64,000 nucleotides of DNA from a virus. Positions 58,438 to 64,000 of this stretch are shown here, one piece after another. The stretch lies in IMG/VR virus record IMGVR_UViG_3300037488_001841, positions 11,555 to 75,554 of that record. One strand, given 5' to 3'. How positions within the stretch are numbered: position 1 is the first letter of the stretch; the number at the start of each line of letters is the position of its first letter. A program made the position numbers and the translations under genes. The notes under the pieces were generated by a model, which saw only the letters and a program-made list of their open reading frames with translations, was not told the DNA's origin and did not search any database.

Positions 58438-58905
58438 ATGGAGAATTTTTTTAACTATATAACCCAACCAATGAAACCTGAAGATGTTGACATTTGGTTT
58501 AGGATTAATAATATAATTCCTGAAAAAATGGATTTATATTATGACTTCACCTTTTCGCTATATTATTTGATAGTTGAGACATATTTGGGTGATGACGACA
58601 ACGGATCTGAAACAAAGATCAACATGACAGATGAGGACAAGAAAAATCATTTTCAATGGTGTTGGAAAAAAACAATAGAAAATTTTAATAAGGAAAGCCT
58701 CATTTTTAATGAAAAGGGAGATCATCTTGATTACTTCTTAGATTTCTTTATGGAGATATTTTATTTACAAAAAGAGGATAAGATAAAGAATTCTATACCT
58801 ACTTTTTTTACGGATGTTTTTGATAGAAAAAAACCGTTTACAAAATCTGATTTAGATATGATATCTAGTATATATAAGTCGTTAGATAAAAATATACTCT
58901 TATAG
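58438..58905 (+). CDS. Hypothetical protein
   Basis: ORF track; TTTACA-N16-TATAAT at 58390-58417. Confidence 0.75.
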   Translation: MENFFNYITQPMKPEDVDIWFRINNIIPEKMDLYYDFTFSLYYLIVETYLGDDDNGSETKINMTDEDKKNHFQWCWKKTIENFNKESLIFNEKGDHLDYFLDFFMEIFYLQKEDKIKNSIPTFFTDVFDRKKPFTKSDLDMISSIYKSLDKNILL

Positions 58906-58907
58906 TA

Positions 58908-58938
58908 TTTACAAACGACATTTATTGATTTAGATTTG
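58908..58938 (+). promoter_or_regulatory. Sigma70/Bacteroidota-type promoter
   Basis: TTTACA-N17-TAGATTTG; the -10 matches TAnnTTTG. Confidence 0.65.
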
Positions 58939-58972
58939 ATTATATAAAAATAAACAATTATTATTTTAAACA

Positions 58973-59146
58973 ATGGAAACTTTAGAAAAAATTAAAACAT
59001 TGACAGAAGAATTAAATGTTGATGTAACTAAATTCTACGGTGGTAATAAAAGTGCTGGAACACGTGCTAGAAAAACATCACAAGAATTGAAAGCGTTGTT
59101 ACAAACACTTAGAGGTGAGATTTTGGAAACAAGAAAAAATGACTAA
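58973..59146 (+). CDS. Histone H1-like (Hc1 family) nucleoid protein, 57 aa; absent from ORF track
   Basis: METLEKIKTLTEELNVDVTKFYGGNKSAGTRARKTSQELKALLQTLRGEILETRKND; GNKxAGTRARK is the Hc1/Bacteroidota 'histone H1' signature. Confidence 0.85.
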   Translation: METLEKIKTLTEELNVDVTKFYGGNKSAGTRARKTSQELKALLQTLRGEILETRKND

Positions 59147-59327
59147 TATTAATACAATATATTTATTTGTTTTTGTTTTCTCGGCAATCTTATTGGTGAG
59201 AACAACGTTCAAATTTATTATCTCCTTATTACAAACAAATCCTGAAAGAATGGTTTTAAGTAATAAGGAGATTTTATTCAACGGTTTAGCATTAAGTTAT
59301 ATAATAACATATTTAATACAAGTATAA
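59139..59327 (+). CDS. Small two-TM membrane protein
   Basis: ATG 59139 overlaps the Hc1 stop; hydrophobic. Confidence 0.65.
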   Translation: MTNINTIYLFVFVFSAILLVRTTFKFIISLLQTNPERMVLSNKEILFNGLALSYIITYLIQV

Positions 59328-59765
59328 ATGAGCTTATTTAAGGAATTTACAATATTATTCCCATATTTACAATCGGTTAGGAAATTAAAGACATACTTAT
59401 CGTTTGATATTGAATTTCCCGATAATTGGAAATTACCTAAAAAATATGTGAATGAGGAAAAAGTGGTTGAAAATGATAAATCTAAACAAGGGTTTAGATT
59501 CTTTTCATTTGTTTCAGAATTTGATGAAAAATCAGTTGATGAGATTATATCAAACATTAAAAATATAATTGCATATAATAAGGAAAGAGAAGAAAAAGAA
59601 AAATTATTCCAAGTAAAGGTGGATGAACTTAAAAAGATGTTTGAAAAAGAAAAGTTAGATGATCTACAAGCATTAAAATTTGAAATCATTGAAGAAAAAA
59701 TTATGTTAGATGACACAGAAGAAACCATCAAGCCGGTTGGAGGGAATGCAACAATGGCTAAATAA
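59328..59765 (+). CDS. Hypothetical protein
   Basis: ORF track. Confidence 0.75.
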   Translation: MSLFKEFTILFPYLQSVRKLKTYLSFDIEFPDNWKLPKKYVNEEKVVENDKSKQGFRFFSFVSEFDEKSVDEIISNIKNIIAYNKEREEKEKLFQVKVDELKKMFEKEKLDDLQALKFEIIEEKIMLDDTEETIKPVGGNATMAK

Positions 59766-59916
59766 TGAAATTGAAAAAGACCAAATTGATTTGATAAGTG
59801 AAAAAAATCGTTTCATTAATCAAATTAAAAAAATTAATAAAGAAGATATTATTCCTGTTAAAAAGGAAATAAAACTAACCATATGGCAGAAGATCAAAAA
59901 AGTATTGATGGGATAA
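59710..59916 (+). CDS. Hypothetical protein
   Basis: ORF track; overlaps neighbours; amphipathic C-terminus WQKIKKVLMG. Confidence 0.55.
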   Translation: MTQKKPSSRLEGMQQWLNNEIEKDQIDLISEKNRFINQIKKINKEDIIPVKKEIKLTIWQKIKKVLMG

Positions 59917-60203
59917 TTGAAAAGTTGGCAATGATAACAGATGCAACACAAACATTATTTCCAAATGGTAAAAGTGCTATAGTTCTTGAATTGCCTTTTG
60001 ATGATTTTAAAAAAGTACAATCAAATTTTAGACAAATAGATCAAGGGTTTAAACAATTTAAAATTGATCTATCCGGTGTTGAAGTTATTTTTATTTTGGA
60101 TGGTACATTTAAAATTGTTGAACCACCAAAAGAAATTAAAAAACAAGGGTTTTTTTCTAAAGTACTATCTCTTATACGTGGTAAATCTACGGTAAAGAAC
60201 TGA
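59883..60203 (+). CDS. Hypothetical protein
   Basis: ORF track; amphipathic C-terminus GFFSKVLSLI. Confidence 0.7.
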   Translation: MAEDQKSIDGIIEKLAMITDATQTLFPNGKSAIVLELPFDDFKKVQSNFRQIDQGFKQFKIDLSGVEVIFILDGTFKIVEPPKEIKKQGFFSKVLSLIRGKSTVKN

Positions 60204-60800
60204 TTTAGAATAACCATTTTCCGACAAAAGATCATACATATATTTCTTTTGTTCTTTTGAAGAATCTTTAACCAAAAGACAATCAATCCTTCCTTCGTTT
60301 AACATATGGGAAGAAAGACAATCCATTAACCTATCGCAATCATCCTCACTTTTAAGTGAAAAAAGAGATATCTTATCATCGTTTTGTATTACAATTTTGT
60401 TGTTGAGTTTAGATATTAGTTTAACCCCAACTTTAGGTAAGTATTGTTTTAATAATGTGGGAACGGTTATCTTCTTTGATTTATTAACATCATATATTAA
60501 TTCTTCTTTATTGTATTGGTTAATAACCGTGATGTTAAAATCAGGGTCATCAAGATCAATTTTAATTTGTCTACCAAATTGGTCTCTCACAAAATAAGGT
60601 CTGTGAGCAATTACTCGTTCCAAAAAACCAATTTCATATTCACACGGTTTACCATTCTCCGTCTTCATTCCAAATATAACCGATTGACTTTCCTTAACTA
60701 AATTATCATAAAATTTTTTAGCCCTATCAAATGTCTTAAATTTCTTGATAATTTTCTTTTTTGTTTTATTTTTAAACAATACGATTATATAGTTATCCAT
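60165..60800 (-). CDS. Hypothetical protein (start ATG 60800)
   Basis: MDNYIIVLFKNK...; TTTACA-N17-TATAAT on the minus strand at 60836-60808. Confidence 0.7.
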   Translation of the reverse strand: MDNYIIVLFKNKTKKKIIKKFKTFDRAKKFYDNLVKESQSVIFGMKTENGKPCEYEIGFLERVIAHRPYFVRDQFGRQIKIDLDDPDFNITVINQYNKEELIYDVNKSKKITVPTLLKQYLPKVGVKLISKLNNKIVIQNDDKISLFSLKSEDDCDRLMDCLSSHMLNEGRIDCLLVKDSSKEQKKYMYDLLSENGYSKSVLYRRFTTYKR

Positions 60801-60801
60801 T

Positions 60802-60836
60802 TTGATTATTATATATCTGTTAAATATAAGTGTAAA
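60802..60836. promoter_or_regulatory. Overlapping divergent sigma70-type promoters
   Basis: Plus TTGATT-N17-TATAAG (60802-60830); minus TTTACA-N17-TATAAT (60836-60808). Confidence 0.55.
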
Positions 60837-60851
60837 TAAGTTAAAATAAAT

Positions 60852-61781
60852 ATGGAAGATTATTATAGTGTCTTGGGGGTTAATGAAAGTGCAACCCAAG
60901 AGGAGATTAAAAGAGAATATAGAAAGTTAGTAAAAGAGAACCACCCTGATAAAGGTGGGGATGAAGAGAAGTTCAAAAAAATCTCAACGGCATATGATAC
61001 GATAGGTGATGAAACTAAACGTAGGCAATATGATCAACAAAAAAACAATCCATTTGGTAACATGGGTGGATTTGGTGGGGCATCTATGGAAGATATGATG
61101 AACAGTATGTTTGGTGGTAATCGTAGACAACAAACTAGAGTTCACGATACTGTTGTTGATGTTCATATTGGTGTATTAGAATCTTATAGAGGTGGAAAGA
61201 AAACAATAACATATAATAGAAAGGATAAATGTAACCCTTGTAATGGAACAGGTGGTGAAAAGAAAGTATGTCACACTTGTGGAGGACAAGGATATACAGT
61301 TAAACAAATGGGTTCAGGTATGTTTATCCAAATTGTACAGGTTGCTTGTGGAACTTGTAACGGTGTTGGAAAAATAACAACTGCCGCTTGTTATGCGTGT
61401 GGTGGTCAAGGGGCTAAAAACGCAATAAATACAATAGAAGTACAATTACCACATGGTATTGATGACGGGCAATTTTTAAGATTACAAGGACTTGGTGATT
61501 ATAGAAATGGGGGTTACGGTAATTTGGTGGTAAGAATAAGATCAATCAACGAAGGTAATTTTGAAAAGGATGGACCTAATTTAATTTATAATGCGTTTTT
61601 AAGTATTGAGGATTTCCAAAAAGGGTCTTTTGAGGTACCTCATCCAGATGGATCAATGAGTATTAAATTTCCTAATAATATTGATACCTCAATGCCGTTA
61701 AGAGTTAAGGGCAAAGGTTTCAAATATCAACCACAAGGTGATTTGTTAATTAATCAATATTTGAAATACAATAGAGGTTAG
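60852..61781 (+). CDS. dnaJ: DnaJ (Hsp40) co-chaperone, type I
   Basis: DYY.VLGV, HPD, G/F region, four CxxCxGxG repeats, C-terminal domain. Confidence 0.95.
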   Translation: MEDYYSVLGVNESATQEEIKREYRKLVKENHPDKGGDEEKFKKISTAYDTIGDETKRRQYDQQKNNPFGNMGGFGGASMEDMMNSMFGGNRRQQTRVHDTVVDVHIGVLESYRGGKKTITYNRKDKCNPCNGTGGEKKVCHTCGGQGYTVKQMGSGMFIQIVQVACGTCNGVGKITTAACYACGGQGAKNAINTIEVQLPHGIDDGQFLRLQGLGDYRNGGYGNLVVRIRSINEGNFEKDGPNLIYNAFLSIEDFQKGSFEVPHPDGSMSIKFPNNIDTSMPLRVKGKGFKYQPQGDLLINQYLKYNRG

Positions 61782-61945
61782 AATAAAGATTTAATGTCAT
61801 ATATTAAAGACACTAAACCATAAATTGATAATCCAAAAACTAATCCTCCGGCAATAAAAACAAATCTTTGTGTTTTTCCTGAGGTTTGATTACATTTTCT
61901 ACATCCGGTTACTTGAGTTGCTTCAGTTTTCATTTCTTCTTCCAT
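61778..61945 (-). CDS. Small membrane protein, 55 aa; absent from ORF track
   Basis: MEEEMKTEATQVTGCRKCNQTSGKTQRFVFIAGGLVFGLSIYGLVSLIYDIKSLF; TATTTAT at 61964-61970 (minus). Confidence 0.65.
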   Translation of the reverse strand: MEEEMKTEATQVTGCRKCNQTSGKTQRFVFIAGGLVFGLSIYGLVSLIYDIKSLF

Positions 61946-61977
61946 ATTTCTTTTTTATTAATAATAAATACTATTAA

Positions 61978-62008
61978 TTGACATATAAACATAAAATAAC
62001 TATTTTTG
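61978..62008 (+). promoter_or_regulatory. Sigma70/Bacteroidota-type promoter
   Basis: TTGACA-N17-TATTTTTG. Confidence 0.7.
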
Positions 62009-62022
62009 TAATAAAAAAAATT

Positions 62023-62862
62023 ATGCTATCATATATTGGAGGTAAAAGTAAAATTGGAAAGTGGATTGTCCCTTTCTATGATAAAAATATGGAAACATAT
62101 CTTGAAACATTTGGGGGTATGTTTTGGTGTTTTTATAACATGGATTTGAAACAATTCCCCAATTTAAATAAAGTTGTGTATAACGACTTTAACCCACTCA
62201 ACCACAATTTATTTAAGTGTGTTCAAAACCCAACTGAATTATTAAGATCAATCAACTCAATTGACTGTCAAAAATTTGGTAATGAGGTAACACCTGAAAT
62301 GTATCGTGAACAATTTGTTTCTTTCCAAAGCGAGTTATTTAATGACGGATTCAAAATTGATGGAATTGATTATGATGCGGCGGCAAAATATGTTTACGTG
62401 TTAACTCAGGTTTTTAGTGGGTCAAAACCAGAAACGTCAAAATTTATTGACTTAAAAGGAAAATATAAGTCAAAATACCTTACCTTTAGAGACAAGTTAA
62501 TGAAACCTGATTGGGTAGATCATTTCTTAAAGATTACAGATGTTGAAAACATGGATTTTGCGGACGTAATCAATAAGTACGACTCACCATCAACATACAT
62601 TTATTTGGACCCACCATATTGGAAGACGGAGAACTATTATTCAAACCACGACTTTGATCGTGACGATCATGAGCGTTTAGCAAATGTGTTAGATGAGGTT
62701 AAAGGTAAGTTTTCATTATCTTATTATGACTTTGATTTACTTAGTGAATGGTTCCCTGAGGATAAATATACTTGGGTTAGAAAAGAGTTTGCAAAGGCGG
62801 CGTCGGCTAAGAAAGGTGAGAAACAAAATATGGGTGAGGAGTTACTTATAATGAATTATTAA
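62023..62862 (+). CDS. dam: Dam/D12-class N6-adenine DNA methyltransferase
   Basis: YIGGKS, YLETFGG, YNDFN, YLDPPY, LSY, ELLIMNY; start ATG 62023. Confidence 0.88.
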   Translation: MLSYIGGKSKIGKWIVPFYDKNMETYLETFGGMFWCFYNMDLKQFPNLNKVVYNDFNPLNHNLFKCVQNPTELLRSINSIDCQKFGNEVTPEMYREQFVSFQSELFNDGFKIDGIDYDAAAKYVYVLTQVFSGSKPETSKFIDLKGKYKSKYLTFRDKLMKPDWVDHFLKITDVENMDFADVINKYDSPSTYIYLDPPYWKTENYYSNHDFDRDDHERLANVLDEVKGKFSLSYYDFDLLSEWFPEDKYTWVRKEFAKAASAKKGEKQNMGEELLIMNY

Positions 62863-62879
62863 ATTTTTTATTTTTTGGA

Positions 62880-62886
62880 TATTTAT
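62880..62886 (+). promoter_or_regulatory. TATTTAT motif, putative late promoter
   Basis: 15 nt before ATG 62902. Confidence 0.55.
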
Positions 62887-62901
62887 ATTAAAAAAGTCAA
62901 T

Positions 62902-64000
62902 ATGGAACTAGTTGGAATTTTATCAAAAGTTGTTAAAGAAAACGTAAACGTTAAAAAAATATTATTGGAGTATCCTGAATCCACAGTAAAGAAATTGTTG
63001 GATAAGTTTACTAAAGAGACAGATGAAACTGAGGATGAAATCAAGAAAACGATATCTGACTTTGAAAGATTTAAAGCGGCATTTGATAATGAAGATAAAG
63101 ACATCTTCAAACACAGTTATGACAGAGTTAAGCAACTTGTTGCGGATAAATCCACAAAACAAAAAACTAAAAAAGATCTTGAAAGTATCGCACAAGAATT
63201 CGTTACTAAACACAGAGGTGCTGACTTACAATTAGTAAAAACAAATATTAAAAAATATTTTGAGTTAAAAACATTGTTCCCTGATCAAAAGTTATTCAAA
63301 AAAGATGTTACCGATTTAAACCCATCTCAGTTGAGTGATTTAGTTGGCAGATTTTTTAGTAGATTTGATGACAATGGTGAAAATGAATTAACAAAAAGAA
63401 TGACCCAAAAATTCATGAAAGATAATCCGGATGATGACCCATTAACGGTTATTCTCCCAAGGGTTAAAAGATTTGTGAGACACTTTGAATCAATTCCATT
63501 AAATGCTAAATTAACGGCATTTATGACTTTTGATGAATTTGAACATTTGGTTGACGGTTACACACCAATGGGTGAGGACGAATATAGTTTGCCGGATATT
63601 GATTTAGAGGATGTTGATATTGCTTATGAGGATGATAACGTATTGATTTTTGCTCCTGATGAAAAACAAAAATGTATTAACATTAGAAAAAAACACGCTC
63701 CTGATAGAAGATGGTGTACATCTTGGGAAGGATCAAGTAATTACTACTACAATTATAGGTTAACTCAAAACTTAACATTATACTATGTTATTAGTAAAAA
63801 TTTACCTGAATCAGATGTTAATTATGCTGTTGTTGTCCTTGTTGATAGATGGGGGGGAATGAGATTAGCGGATGGTACCAATTCAGGTAGATTTGCTGGA
63901 GCACAAGAAATTGATTGGGATGAAATTACTAGAAAAGTTCCTGCATTACAAGGTAAAAAAGAATATCTTGAAGCAAAACCATTTAGTAATGATGATCAAG
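62902..64000 (+). CDS. Hypothetical protein, runs off the window; absent from ORF track
   Basis: MELVGILSKVVKENVNVKKILLEYPES... open to the end; contains KC...WCTS..SNYYYNY..LYYV. Confidence 0.8.
   Translation, partial: MELVGILSKVVKENVNVKKILLEYPESTVKKLLDKFTKETDETEDEIKKTISDFERFKAAFDNEDKDIFKHSYDRVKQLVADKSTKQKTKKDLESIAQEFVTKHRGADLQLVKTNIKKYFELKTLFPDQKLFKKDVTDLNPSQLSDLVGRFFSRFDDNGENELTKRMTQKFMKDNPDDDPLTVILPRVKRFVRHFESIPLNAKLTAFMTFDEFEHLVDGYTPMGEDEYSLPDIDLEDVDIAYEDDNVLIFAPDEKQKCINIRKKHAPDRRWCTSWEGSSNYYYNYRLTQNLTLYYVISKNLPESDVNYAVVVLVDRWGGMRLADGTNSGRFAGAQEIDWDEITRKVPALQGKKEYLEAKPFSNDDQ

Noticed and set aside
162-63235. Numerous 60-180 aa ORFs nested in or antisense to long genes (e.g. 10734-11108, 31039-31491, 47201-47737, 57342-57773, 62883-63235)
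   Set aside because: They fully overlap well-supported genes, have shadow-like composition and lack promoter or leader signals.
1-64000. Stop-codon reassignment as in some huge phages
   Set aside because: Code 11 gives full-length conserved genes. TAG (8198, 39684, 61781) and TGA (16919, 26380) end genes at their natural C-termini.

Overview
This AT-rich, densely coding window comes from a large T4-like myovirus genome (jumbo or 'huge' phage) read in standard code 11. The host is probably Bacteroidota: there are no Shine-Dalgarno sites, leaders are A-rich, and it carries TAnnTTTG boxes, a Bacteroidota-type RpoD-like sigma factor, an Hc1 'histone H1'-like gene and SprB repeats. Gene order: end of a giant tail/baseplate-hub gene; a replication block (SSB, RecA/UvsX, 5'-3' exonuclease, DnaB helicase, NrdB, NrdA); a ~25 kb baseplate/tail block (gp25, gp6/J, P2-I-like, SprB- and Thr/Pro-repeat fibres); RuvC, primase, PD-(D/E)XK nuclease and SbcD/SbcC; an inserted restriction-modification pair; a sigma factor followed by a structured RNA; a membrane/pseudo-amidase/spanin-like cluster; probable head-internal proteins; Hc1, DnaJ and a Dam-family methylase. 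The best candidate novel system is a glycosyltransferase (34058-35038) whose motifs match plant extensin O-glycosyltransferases (SERGT1/GT96, HPAT/GT95). It sits among four virion genes with mucin-like Thr-Pro or poly-Thr tracts, which suggests phage-encoded O-glycosylation of tail fibres. Two promoter classes are visible: TATTTAT (putative late) and TTGACA/TTTACA-N17-TAnnnT. Three genes missing from the ORF track were recovered: 58973-59146, 61778-61945 (minus) and 62902 to the window end. All family assignments come from motif recognition by eye, not database searches.
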